DNA of 64,000 bases from contig CAVUKR010000006.1 in NCBI GenBank assembly GCA_963742075.1, forward strand, positions 138,727 to 202,726. Reading direction: 5' to 3'. How positions within the stretch are numbered: the first letter of the stretch is position 1; each line of letters starts with the position of its first letter. Shown piece after piece: positions 19,720-29,150 of this stretch. A program made the position numbers and the translations under genes. Below the pieces are notes generated by a model. It worked only from the letters and a program-made list of their open reading frames with translations, had not been told where the DNA came from and did not search any database. This DNA comes from an uncultured Chloroflexia bacterium. GTDB taxonomy: Bacteria > Chloroflexota > Limnocylindria > Limnocylindrales > CSP1-4.

Positions 19720-20843
19720 TGGAGGAGACCGACCGCGGTGCTGTAGCTCGGGTTCAGGAGCGTGTCGACGAGCCCGCCGATGCCCGCCGGCGCCGCGACC
19801 CGGACCGGCATCTGGAGGACCTCGCGACCGAGCTCGGCGGCGCCCGCCAGCTGCGACGCGCCGCCTGTCAGGATCACTCCGGCCGGCAGCATCCCGACCC
19901 CGGCGGCTCGGATCTCGTTCCGTAGCAGCTCGAAGGTCTCGCGCATCCTGGCCTCGATGATCTGCGACACCTCGAGCCGGCTGACCGTCCGCCCGGCGTC
20001 CTCGCCGAGGACCGACACGCTGATCTGCTCGTCCTCGTCGATCTGGCGCAGGTCGCAGGTGCCGTGCATGATCTTGAGCTCCTCGGCGACCTGGATGCTC
20101 GTCTTGAGGCCGATCGCGACATCGTTGGTGACGTTGGCGCCGCCGACCGGCAGGACCCGCGTGTGGAACGGCGAGCCGTCCTGGAACAGGGCGAGGTCGA
20201 TGGTGCCGGCACCGATGTCGGCGACCGCCACGCCGAGCTCCTTCTCCGTCTCGCTCAGGACCGCCTCGGCGGACGCCAGCGAATCGACGACGAGCTCATC
20301 GATCTTGACGCCGGCCGCCGCGACGCACTTGGTCAGGTTCTGGACCGCGGTGGCGGACGCGGTGACGATGTGGGTCTCGACCTCGAGCCGCAGCGCACTC
20401 ATCCCGAGCGGGTCCTTCACCCCCTCCTGGCCGTCGACCGTGAACCCGCGCCGCTCGACGTGGAGGACGTCGCGGTTGGACGGGATCGAGACCGCCCGGG
20501 CGACCTCGATGGCGCGGTTGACGTCCTCGCGGGTCACCTCGCGATGATGTGCGGTGACGGCGACCTGGCCGCGCGAGTTGAGGCTCTCGACGTGCTGCCC
20601 GCCGACGCCGACGAAGGCGCGATCGATCTTCCAGCCGGACAGGCGCTCGGCGCGCTCGACGGCGTCGGCGATCGAGCGGACCGTCTGGTCGATGTTGATG
20701 ACGACGCCCTTCTTGAGCCCGGACGCGGGCACGGTGCCGTGGCCCATGATCGTCAGTCGGCCGTCGCGGCTCACCTCGCCGATGAGGGCGCAGACCTTGC
20801 TCGTGCCGACGTCGATGCCGACCAGGACCGCTTCTCGTTCCAC
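19611..20843 (-). CDS. ftsA: Cell division protein FtsA
   Basis: 410-aa actin-like ATPase (VGIDVGTSKVCALIGE...), immediately upstream of ftsZ. Confidence 0.9.
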   Translation of the reverse strand: MEREAVLVGIDVGTSKVCALIGEVSRDGRLTIMGHGTVPASGLKKGVVINIDQTVRSIADAVERAERLSGWKIDRAFVGVGGQHVESLNSRGQVAVTAHHREVTREDVNRAIEVARAVSIPSNRDVLHVERRGFTVDGQEGVKDPLGMSALRLEVETHIVTASATAVQNLTKCVAAAGVKIDELVVDSLASAEAVLSETEKELGVAVADIGAGTIDLALFQDGSPFHTRVLPVGGANVTNDVAIGLKTSIQVAEELKIMHGTCDLRQIDEDEQISVSVLGEDAGRTVSRLEVSQIIEARMRETFELLRNEIRAAGVGMLPAGVILTGGASQLAGAAELGREVLQMPVRVAAPAGIGGLVDTLLNPSYSTAVGLLQWGAAALVVGEPNRYESAPAGGGIGRLRDAIRNIFP

Positions 20844-20875
20844 CGTTCCGTTCGTCTCCGTTCAGAGCTTGGCGT

Positions 20876-21199
20876 TTACAGGAAGTGGCGCCGGATGAGG
20901 GCCACGTTATCGAAGATGCGCAGGCCGAAGGTGATGAGGGCCACCAGGTAGAGGTCGAGGCCGAGACGATCGCCGATGAACGTCAGGAGCACCGCGACGA
21001 TCGCATTGACCAGGAACCCGCTGATGAAGATCCGATTGTCGTAGACCCCGTCGAGCTCGGCACGGACCGCTCCGAGGACCGAATCGAGCGCGGCGAGGAT
21101 CGCCACTGCCGAATAGCGACTGAGCTCGAACCCGACGTTGACGTTGAGGACGAGACCCGCCAGGACACCCACGAGGAGTCCGAGCAGGGGTAGCAGCAC
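20876..21199 (-). CDS. Small basic membrane protein (Sbp/DUF1290-like) of the dcw cluster
   Basis: 107 aa with three TM segments. The position between ftsQ and ftsA matches B. subtilis sbp. Confidence 0.5.
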   Translation of the reverse strand: MLLPLLGLLVGVLAGLVLNVNVGFELSRYSAVAILAALDSVLGAVRAELDGVYDNRIFISGFLVNAIVAVLLTFIGDRLGLDLYLVALITFGLRIFDNVALIRRHFL

Positions 21200-21263
21200 G
21201 GGGTGATCGTCCTCGCTCCAGTGGTTTGGGCAAGGCTACCCGACGGCGCCCCGCTCCGCCACC

Positions 21264-22130
21264 TCACGGCGCCTTGCTCGGCTTGGGCGAACCCGACGCG
21301 GTTGCCCGCGGCGTATAGGTCCCATCGGTCTCCGAGGCGAGGATGACCCGATCGACCTGCGGCTCGCGTCCGGCGAGCAGGCTACGCAGGAGCCGGACCT
21401 GACCCGGGATGATCTCCGTCGTCCGCAGGCTCGGGGTGTAGAAGCCGAAGACGGCCGACCAGCTGCCTGGGCGCGTCCCGACCGTGAACCCGTTCTCGTC
21501 GGTGACCGCCACCGCGAGCGAGACCGCCGAGCTGTCGAGGTCGCCCGGCATGAGCGAGGCCAGCCGGGTCGCAGCGTCGACATCGACCGGATCGAGATGC
21601 TTGCCGAGGTCGAGACCGGTCGACGCGATCCGCTGATCGTCGATGACCGGCAGGCTGGCGGCTTCCGCCGGCGGGTGCGCCGGCATGAGCGCGAAGAGGA
21701 ACCCGTCGGCGTCCGCGAGGAAGTGCCGATCGCCCACCTGCCAGACCATCACCGGGACGCGCTCGTCGACCGAGACCGCGAGCGTGCCCGGCAGGCGGAC
21801 GTCGACGTGCGCGGCCCGGATCGTGGGGAGTGACTCGAGCGCGGCGACCAGCGGCCTCGTCGACAGCTCGAACAGGTTCTGTCCGCGCGCCACGGCCAGC
21901 GTCGACTCGATGACGGCCGGGTCGGTGAACCGGCTCCCGTCGACCTGGATGCTCCGGTAGTCGAACGCGGACGAGGCGCCCACGCCGTAGATCGCCGCCG
22001 CCGACAGGAGCAGCACCAGCGCCGCGCCGGCGCGGACCGGCGACAGGCCGGCGGAGGCGCGGCGGACCGGTCTCGACCGCCGACCGGGCAGCGGGGCGCG
22101 GCTGCGGCGCGCGATCGGCCGACCGTTCAT
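21264..22130 (-). CDS. ftsQ: Cell division protein FtsQ/DivIB
   Basis: 289-aa C-terminal portion of ORF 21264..23096 beginning MNGRPIARRS..., with a TM segment and POTRA/FtsQ domain. The ATG overlaps the ddl stop (ATGA). The upstream part of the ORF is an out-of-frame read of ddl. Confidence 0.8.
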   Translation of the reverse strand: MNGRPIARRSRAPLPGRRSRPVRRASAGLSPVRAGAALVLLLSAAAIYGVGASSAFDYRSIQVDGSRFTDPAVIESTLAVARGQNLFELSTRPLVAALESLPTIRAAHVDVRLPGTLAVSVDERVPVMVWQVGDRHFLADADGFLFALMPAHPPAEAASLPVIDDQRIASTGLDLGKHLDPVDVDAATRLASLMPGDLDSSAVSLAVAVTDENGFTVGTRPGSWSAVFGFYTPSLRTTEIIPGQVRLLRSLLAGREPQVDRVILASETDGTYTPRATASGSPKPSKAP

Positions 22131-23260
22131 CGTGGGAGATCCGCCGGGGTGAGGGTCCGACGCGCGCGCCCCGCGTGCCGCTCGATGGCCAGCTGGACGA
22201 TCCGGCTGCAGACCGCCCCGAACGTGTAGCCGCCTTCGGCCGGCATCGTCGGGAACAGGCTGATCGGGGTGAACCCGGGGATGGTGTTGATCTCCGAGAG
22301 CACGATCGCCTCGCCGGCCAGGAGGAAGTCGACCCGGGCGAACCCCTCGGCGCCGATGGCTCGATAGGCGTCGCGGGCGATCTTCTGCATCGTCGCGCGC
22401 TGGCGATCGGTGACCTCGGCGCGGGTCGAGGTCTCGGACAGGCCGGCCGTGTACTTGGCCTCGTAGTCGTAGAACTCGTGACCCGAGATGACCTCGCCCG
22501 GTCCGTACAGCTCGAGGTCCGCCGGCCCGTTCCCGATGACGGAGACCTCGAGGTCGCGCGCGCCCGGCAGGTATGTCTCGACAAGGGCGAGCGTGTCGTG
22601 GCGGAAGGCGGTGTCGAGCGCCGCGTCCAGCTCGGTCGGATCGTGGACCAGGGTCATCCCGACCGAGCTCCCGAGCCGCGCCGGCTTGACCATCAGCCGT
22701 GGGTCGCCGGCCGCCCCGGCGAAGGCCGCAAGCTCGGCCCGAACGGCGCCCGGATCGCCCGCCCAGCGCGATGATTGGACCTCGCGCCAATCGACCACCG
22801 GCAGCCCGATCCCGCGGCACAGCCGCTTGAAGATGGTCTTGTCCATCCCGATCGCAGAGGCGGCCACGCCGGATCCCGTGTACGGCAGGCCGGCGACCTC
22901 GAGCAGCGCCTGGACCGTGCCGTCCTCGCCGAACGGGCCGTGGAGGGCGATCACGACCACCGGCCCGGGTCGCGTGGCCGCCAGCCGGTCGATGGCGGCA
23001 CCGACCGGGACGGGGCCGGCCGCGCCGAGCGCGGACGGATCGTCGTAGTCGGCGGCGGGGCGGTCCCCGCGCCGGTGCCCGGGCGGCAGCCACCACCAGC
23101 CGCCGTCGAGGTCGATGAGGACCTGCTCGACGGCGTGTCCCTCGTCGGCGAGGGCCCCGGCGATCGCGGTCCCGGACACGACAGAGACGTCGTGCTCGGC
23201 CGATGGACCACCGAGCAGGACGACGACAGGGCTCGCGGCGGTCACGGCGCCGGCTCCCAT
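22127..23260 (-). CDS. ddl: D-alanine--D-alanine ligase
   Basis: 377 aa with ATP-grasp motifs (LHGPFGEDGTVQ, SEINTIPGFT). Confidence 0.9.
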   Translation of the reverse strand: MGAGAVTAASPVVVLLGGPSAEHDVSVVSGTAIAGALADEGHAVEQVLIDLDGGWWWLPPGHRRGDRPAADYDDPSALGAAGPVPVGAAIDRLAATRPGPVVVIALHGPFGEDGTVQALLEVAGLPYTGSGVAASAIGMDKTIFKRLCRGIGLPVVDWREVQSSRWAGDPGAVRAELAAFAGAAGDPRLMVKPARLGSSVGMTLVHDPTELDAALDTAFRHDTLALVETYLPGARDLEVSVIGNGPADLELYGPGEVISGHEFYDYEAKYTAGLSETSTRAEVTDRQRATMQKIARDAYRAIGAEGFARVDFLLAGEAIVLSEINTIPGFTPISLFPTMPAEGGYTFGAVCSRIVQLAIERHAGRARRTLTPADLPR

Positions 23261-24207
23261 CCGCTCCAGTCGCCGACGAACTCGACCTCGAAGGCGAGGG
23301 CGACGCCGTCGCGGGCCAGGACCTCCGCCCGGACGCGCTCCGCGAGACGGCGCACGTCGGCAGCCTGTCCCGTGCGGTCGTTCACGATGAAGTTCGCGTG
23401 CTTCTCCGATACGACCGCGCCACCGATGCGCAGCCCCTTGAGCCCCGCGGCATCGATGAGCCGCCCCGCCGAATCATCGGGTGGATTGCGAAAGACGCTG
23501 CCGGCCGACGCCAGCCCGAGCGGCTGGTGCGCCTGGCGCCAGTGACGGATCTCGTCGAGCCGCGCCTTGATCGTGTCCGGGTCCGCGGTCGCGAGCCGGA
23601 AGGTCGCCTCGACGACCACGTCGCGCGGCGTGTCGGGGCCGGCCCCGTCGTCGGCGTGCTTGAACCGGCTGTCGCGATAGGACAGCCCGAGATCTGCGAC
23701 CGGGACGATGCTCTCGCTGCCGTCGGCGGTGAGGACACGCGCCGACTCGAGCACGGCCGCCACGTCGGCATCGTGGGCGCCCGCGTTGGCCCAGATGGCG
23801 CCACCGACCGTCCCGGGGATCGCCAGCCCGAATTCGAGCCCGGACAGGCCCGCGTGCTGGGCCTCGGTCGCCGCCCGGGCCATCTGGACGCCCGCCTCGG
23901 CGGTGTAGCGCTCGCCGTCGGTCCGCGACCCCTCGGCCCTGACCTGGATGACCAGCCCGCGGATCCCGGCGTCGGAGATGACGAGGTCGCTCCCGCGTCC
24001 GAGGACGAAGTGGGGCAGCCCGCGCGTGCGCGCGAAGCGCACCAGCGCGCGGAGCTCGTGGGCGTTGCGGACCGTGGCGAAGAGGTCGGCCGGGCCCCCG
24101 ACGCGCATCGTCGTGAACCGGGCGAGGGGTTCGTCGCGCGAGGTCTTGACGCCGATCCGGCGCTGGATCTCGGTGCCGATCGCGATCGCGTCGAAGCCGG
24201 CGATCAC
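23242..24207 (-). CDS. murB: UDP-N-acetylenolpyruvoylglucosamine reductase
   Basis: 321 aa with FAD-binding MurB motifs (RVGGPAD, GRGSDLV). Confidence 0.9.
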   Translation of the reverse strand: MIAGFDAIAIGTEIQRRIGVKTSRDEPLARFTTMRVGGPADLFATVRNAHELRALVRFARTRGLPHFVLGRGSDLVISDAGIRGLVIQVRAEGSRTDGERYTAEAGVQMARAATEAQHAGLSGLEFGLAIPGTVGGAIWANAGAHDADVAAVLESARVLTADGSESIVPVADLGLSYRDSRFKHADDGAGPDTPRDVVVEATFRLATADPDTIKARLDEIRHWRQAHQPLGLASAGSVFRNPPDDSAGRLIDAAGLKGLRIGGAVVSEKHANFIVNDRTGQAADVRRLAERVRAEVLARDGVALAFEVEFVGDWSGWEPAP

Positions 24208-25364
24208 GCCGCGCGACCCCGCGCTCGGCGCTCGATCTCGATCGGGTCGGGGAATGGCAGCCGCGCAGCGGCGGCCATGACCAGCTCGGCGACCGCGTCG
24301 GCCGCGTCCGGCCGGGCCAGCGCTCGAGCCGCCGCCGACATGGCAGCATGCGTCACCGGGTCATCGACGAGGGCCGCGGCGTCGAGCAATGCCCCCGCGT
24401 CGAATGCCTCGTCCTCGACCAGCCGGGCCGCTCCGGCGGCCACGAGGCTCGCGGCGTTGGCCCGCTGGTGCCCGGCCGCGTGCGGATACGGCACCACGAC
24501 CATCGGCAGGCCCATCGCCGTCACCTCGGCGAGGGTCGAGGAACCGGCCCGGCCGACGACGAGGTCGGCCGCGGCGAGGGCCGAGAGCATCTCGTCGCGC
24601 AGGAACGGGTACGGACGGTACCGGCGACGGACCGGTTCGGGCAGTCCCTCGCGCCCGGCCAGCGCCGCCGCGTAGCCATCGTCGCCTGTGACGTGGAGCA
24701 CGGTCACCCGCTCGACCAGCTGTGGCAGCGCCTCGGCGACCGCGGCGTTGAACCGCCGGACCGCCTGCGAGCCGCCGAAGATGAGGAGCACCCGATCGTC
24801 GGGCGCGATGCCCATCCTGAGCCGGGCGGCGATCCGGTCGACGGCGTCCACGTCGCGGATCGGCGTGCCCGTCACGTAGCAGGGACGCCCGGGTGCGGCG
24901 GCGGCCAACGCGCCGCAGGTCGCGTCGAACGAGACCGCGAGGGCCGCCGCCAGCCGGGCGGTGGCCCGGACCGCGCGGCCAGGGATCACATTGCCGTCCC
25001 ACAGCACGACCGGGATGCCGAGTGGCGCCGCCGCGAGCAGGACCGGCACGGCCACGTAGCCGCCGGTGGTGAAGATCGCCGCCGGCCGCTCCTGGACGAG
25101 GATGACCGTCGCCTGCGGGACAGAGGCGGCGAGCCGGATGGGGTCGAGGACGGCGTGGACGTCCATGTCGGTCGTTCGCAGCGAGCGCGCCGCGAGCCGG
25201 CGCAGGGGGATGTGCGCCGCGGGGACGAGGGTCGCCTCGAGGCCGCGATGCCCGCCGAGCCAGCGCAGGTCGGGCGCCTCAGGCGTCGCTGCGAGCGAGC
25301 GGGCGACGGCGAGCGCCGGGTAGATGTGTCCGCCCGTTCCGCCCGCCGCGATCAGCAATCGCAT
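24204..25364 (-). CDS. murG: Undecaprenyldiphospho-muramoylpentapeptide beta-N-acetylglucosaminyltransferase
   Basis: Starts MRLLIAAGGTGGHIYPALAVA, the canonical MurG N-terminus, at the ATG at 25362-25364. The ORF track start at 25454 is an upstream extension. Confidence 0.9.
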   Translation of the reverse strand: MRLLIAAGGTGGHIYPALAVARSLAATPEAPDLRWLGGHRGLEATLVPAAHIPLRRLAARSLRTTDMDVHAVLDPIRLAASVPQATVILVQERPAAIFTTGGYVAVPVLLAAAPLGIPVVLWDGNVIPGRAVRATARLAAALAVSFDATCGALAAAAPGRPCYVTGTPIRDVDAVDRIAARLRMGIAPDDRVLLIFGGSQAVRRFNAAVAEALPQLVERVTVLHVTGDDGYAAALAGREGLPEPVRRRYRPYPFLRDEMLSALAAADLVVGRAGSSTLAEVTAMGLPMVVVPYPHAAGHQRANAASLVAAGAARLVEDEAFDAGALLDAAALVDDPVTHAAMSAAARALARPDAADAVAELVMAAAARLPFPDPIEIERRARGRAA

Positions 25365-26592
25365 CGTCGTTCCACGTCCCCTTCTCCACTGTCTCGCGCG
25401 AGATCGACAGCAGGATCCCGATCGCGGCGAAGCTGATGATGAGGGATGAGCCACCGGCGCTGATGAACGGCAGCGTGATCCCGGTGATCGGCAGCAGCGC
25501 GACCACCACCCCGATGTTGACGAACGCCTGGAGACCGATCCAGGCCGTGATCCCGACGGCCAGCAAGGCCCCGAACGTGTCCGGCGCCGACAGCGCGATG
25601 CGCACCCCGGAATAGGCCAGCAGCAGGAAGAGCGTGATCACCACGATCCCGCCGATCAACCCGAATTCCTGTCCGACCTCGGCGAAGATGAAGTCGTTGA
25701 ACGCATTGGGGACCGATATCCGGCTCGCACCGAGGCCGGTCCCGAGCAGCCCGCCGACACCGAGCGCGAGGAGGCCCTGGATCGTGTGGAAGCCCTTGCC
25801 GAGCGGATCGAGCCAGGGGTTCTGCCAAACGAGGATGCGGTCCATCTGGTACCCGCGCAGGCCGACCAGGATCGTCGCCAGCACCCCGCCGGCGGCCAAC
25901 ACCACGAAGTTCACGAGGCTCGCCCCGGCCACGAAGAACATGGTGAAGACCGTCAGGGCGATGACCCCGGTCGTGCCGAGGTCCGGCTCCTTGAAGACGA
26001 GCACGATGACCGGCGTGACGATGACCAGGAACGGGACGGTCCCGCCCCAGAAGCCGCGGACACCGCTGCCGCGCTTGGCGAACCAGTGGGCCAGGTAGAT
26101 GACCAGGGCGAGCTTGGCGATCTCGGCGGGATGCACCGCCGGCAGCGAGCCGAGCCTGAGCCAGCGTGCCGACCCGCCGATCACGACATTGAGCCCGGGA
26201 ACGAAGACGAGCACGAGCAGGACGATCGCGAACAGGTAGAACGGCACGGACACGAGCCGGAGGTAGCGGTAGTCGACCCGCATCATGACCAGCATCGCGG
26301 CGAGGCCCAGGATCGCCCACTGGATCTGGGGCCCGACCGTCGCGAACGTGTCGGCGTCCTGCGACAGGTAGCCCTTGAGCGCGGACGACGAGTAGACCAT
26401 CAGGATGCCGATGGCGGTCAGCGCGACGACGACGACGAGGATCACGTAGTCGGCCTGGTGCCGCTCGCGACGGACGGCCCCGGCGCGGCTCTTGACCGGT
26501 GTGCGGTTGGCCGTGGTGCGATCGTCGGCGGCCTTCGGGGAGGCCCCGCGTCGCAGTCGCTCGAGACGAGGGATCGGCGGTGCAAGGTTCAT
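25279..26592 (-). CDS. ftsW: Peptidoglycan glycosyltransferase FtsW (SEDS family)
   Basis: 437-aa polytopic protein with the SEDS pattern (LDPLGKGFHTIQGLLALG...). The 3' end overlaps the murG start by about 86 nt, so the C-terminal tail is uncertain. Confidence 0.9.
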   Translation of the reverse strand: MNLAPPIPRLERLRRGASPKAADDRTTANRTPVKSRAGAVRRERHQADYVILVVVVALTAIGILMVYSSSALKGYLSQDADTFATVGPQIQWAILGLAAMLVMMRVDYRYLRLVSVPFYLFAIVLLVLVFVPGLNVVIGGSARWLRLGSLPAVHPAEIAKLALVIYLAHWFAKRGSGVRGFWGGTVPFLVIVTPVIVLVFKEPDLGTTGVIALTVFTMFFVAGASLVNFVVLAAGGVLATILVGLRGYQMDRILVWQNPWLDPLGKGFHTIQGLLALGVGGLLGTGLGASRISVPNAFNDFIFAEVGQEFGLIGGIVVITLFLLLAYSGVRIALSAPDTFGALLAVGITAWIGLQAFVNIGVVVALLPITGITLPFISAGGSSLIISFAAIGILLSISRETVEKGTWNDDAIADRGGRNGRTHLPGARRRPLARSDA

Positions 26593-28158
26593 CGGTCACC
26601 CTCCCCGGATCGTCGCGCGGCGAGCGCCGCGACGGCCTCCTTGAATGCCCGGCCGCGGGCTGCGTAGTCGGTGAACATGTCGAAGCTGGCGGCGGCCGGG
26701 CTCAGCAGGACCGTCGCCGTGACCGCGGCCATCGCCGGCGCGCCGCCAGGACGTCCCGGGCGATCGCGTCGGCTCGCGACACGGCCTCCCCCAGGCTGTC
26801 GGCGCGTTCGGTTCGGGCCAGCCCGGCGGCGCGGAACGATCGCTCGAGGGCGGGGCCGCTCTCGCCGATGAGGACCGCGGCGACGGCCCGCTCGGCGACG
26901 ACCGGGGCGAGCCCGGTCAGGTCGATCCCCTTGTCGCGCCCGCCGGCGATCAGGACGATCGGCGGTCGAACGCGCGCAGGGCCGCGACGACGGCGTCGGG
27001 CTGCGTCCCCTGCGAGTCGTTGACGAAGCGGACGCCATCGACCAGCGCGACGGCTTCGAGCCGGTGCTCGACGCCCCGGAAGGCGGCTGCGGCGATGCGG
27101 ATCGCCGCCGGCTCGACTCCGAAGGCCAGCGCCACCGCGACCGCGGCCAGCGCATTCGAAACGTTGTGCGCTCCCGGGATCGCGAGCTCGTCGATCGGCA
27201 GGATCCGGCCGTCGGGAGCGGTCACCGCCGGCCCGCCGCCGGCCAGCTGGAGCCGAGCCACCCCGTCCGCCACGATCCAGCCATCCACGACCCCGAGGCC
27301 GCCAGGGTGCGGCCGATCGCGGCGATAGCGGATGGTCTGCGCGCCGGCCGGGCCGGCATAGTCCGCCACGATCGGGTCCTCGTCGTTGAGGACCAGCGCG
27401 CCCGATGGATCCACCAGCTCGGCGAGCCGGCGCTTGACCCGCCGGTAGGCGTCGAGGGATCCGTGCCGATCGAGGTGGTCGGCGGTGACGTTCGTGTAGA
27501 CCGCGACCGTCGTGCCGCGCGACAGGGTCGGCAGCTGGAGCTCGGACAGCTCGTCGACGACCCGGTGATCGGGCGTCAGCTCGAGGAGTCGCTCGACGAT
27601 CGGGATCCCGATGTTCCCGCCGAGCACGACCGGGTGGTCCCGGTCCGCGGCCAGCAGGGCCGCGGCCAGCGACGCGGTCGTGGTCTTGCCCTTGGTCCCG
27701 GTCACCCCGACCGTCGGCGCCGGGCAGAGCCGCAGGAACAGGTCGGCCTCCGATACCAGGGCTGGGACCGTCGGGTCGCCGGCGACGCGGGCATCGACCA
27801 GCCCGCGGAGGGCCGCACGAAGACGCGGCTCGGTGGTCGGGAAGTCGGGCGTGATCGACGGCGACGTCGCCACGAGCTCGGCGTCCGCCCAGGTCGTCGC
27901 CGGATCGACGGCCGGCCCGAGCGCGAGCGTCACCTGCCGACCGCCGAGCGCGGCGATCGCGTCAGCCAACTCGTCGGCCGGCCGGCCGTCGTAGACCGTC
28001 ACGCGCGCGCCCGCATCGGCCAGGAAACGGGCCAGGGCGAGGCCGCTGCGGGCGAGGCCGAGGACCGTCACCGGGCGGTCGCGCAGCGCGCCGCCGCGGA
28101 TCCCGTCGAGCGTCAGCCGGTCGAGATCGATCGGCCCGGTCGTCGTCATCGTCGTCAC
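26589..28158 (-). pseudogene. murD: UDP-N-acetylmuramoylalanine--D-glutamate ligase (MurD), interrupted by two frameshifts
   Basis: The main ORF (GVTGTKGKTTTASL...) ends prematurely at 26950. Manual translation shows a shift at about 26950 (FDR|PIVLIAGGRDKGIDLTGLAPVVAERAV...) and another at about 26735 (ARDVLAA|PAMAAVTATVLLSPAAASFDMF). The C-terminus lies in ORF 26589..27155. Confidence 0.8.
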
Positions 28159-29150
28159 CGGAGCCGGTTCAGCGAGGCCAGGAACAGGGTCACGCCGAGG
28201 AGCGCGGCGAGGATCCCGATGATCCAGAAGCGGATCGTGATCTTCTCCTCGTCCCAGCCGCCGAGCTCGAAATGGTGATGGATCGGGCTCATCCGGAAGA
28301 GGCGCTGGCCGCCCGACACCTTGAAGTACGAGACCTGCAGGATGACCGACGCGGTCTCGATCACGAAGATGATGCCGATCAGCGGGAGCACCAGGATCTG
28401 GCCGGTGATCAGCGCGGTGACGGCCAGCGTGGCGCCTAACGAGAGCGCCCCCGAATCGCCGATGAAGATCTGCGCCGGGTGGACGTTGAACCACAGGAAC
28501 CCGAGCAGCGCCCCGATGATCAGGGCGCACAGCAGGGCGAGGTTCGGCTGGGCCGGCGTGTTGAGCAAGGCGATGATCATGTAGGCGACGAAGGCGATCG
28601 CGACGGTTCCGCCCGACAGGCCATCGAGCCCGTCGGTGATGTTGACGCCGTTCGCCGCAGCGACGATCGCGAACGCCGCGAACACGACGTAGATCCTCGG
28701 GTCCACCGAGACCGGGCCGACGAACGGCACCGCGATGGCCGTGATGTCATACGTCTGCTGGATCTGCCAGGCCGTCACGAAGGCGACGACCGTCAGCCAG
28801 GTCAGCTTCTGGCGGACGTGGATCCCCTCGCCCGTCCGGGCGTTGAGGTAGTCGTCGAACGCGCCGAGCGCCCCGACGCCGGCCAGCGCCGCGAGCGGCG
28901 CGAAGGTGGCCGCGTCCGGGCCCTGGCGGAGGAAGAAGTAGATGCCGATGACGACGGCCACGATCAGGAGGCCGCCCATCGTCGGCGTCCCCTCCTTGAT
29001 GTAGTGGCTCTCGGGACCCTCCTGGCGGATCCGCTTGCCGAATCCGAGCGCGTGGAGCAGCCGGATGTACGGCGACATCAGGATGACCATCAGGGCGAAC
29101 GCCAGCAGGAGCCCCTGGATGAGCTCGACCTGGGCGAGCTCGTTCGTCAT
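28155..29150 (-). CDS. mraY: Phospho-N-acetylmuramoyl-pentapeptide transferase
   Basis: 332 aa starting MTNELAQVELI at the ATG at 29148-29150, overlapping the murF stop (ATGA). The longer ORF start is an upstream extension. Confidence 0.9.
   Translation of the reverse strand: MTNELAQVELIQGLLLAFALMVILMSPYIRLLHALGFGKRIRQEGPESHYIKEGTPTMGGLLIVAVVIGIYFFLRQGPDAATFAPLAALAGVGALGAFDDYLNARTGEGIHVRQKLTWLTVVAFVTAWQIQQTYDITAIAVPFVGPVSVDPRIYVVFAAFAIVAAANGVNITDGLDGLSGGTVAIAFVAYMIIALLNTPAQPNLALLCALIIGALLGFLWFNVHPAQIFIGDSGALSLGATLAVTALITGQILVLPLIGIIFVIETASVILQVSYFKVSGGQRLFRMSPIHHHFELGGWDEEKITIRFWIIGILAALLGVTLFLASLNRLR

Noticed and set aside
25279-25364. 86-nt overlap between the ftsW 3' end and the murG start as a possible frameshift in ftsW
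   Set aside because: The FtsW body, with all TM segments, is intact. The overlap is in the low-complexity C-terminal tail and is compatible with an extended cytoplasmic tail or with a slightly different murG start. Nothing in the sequence favours one over the other.
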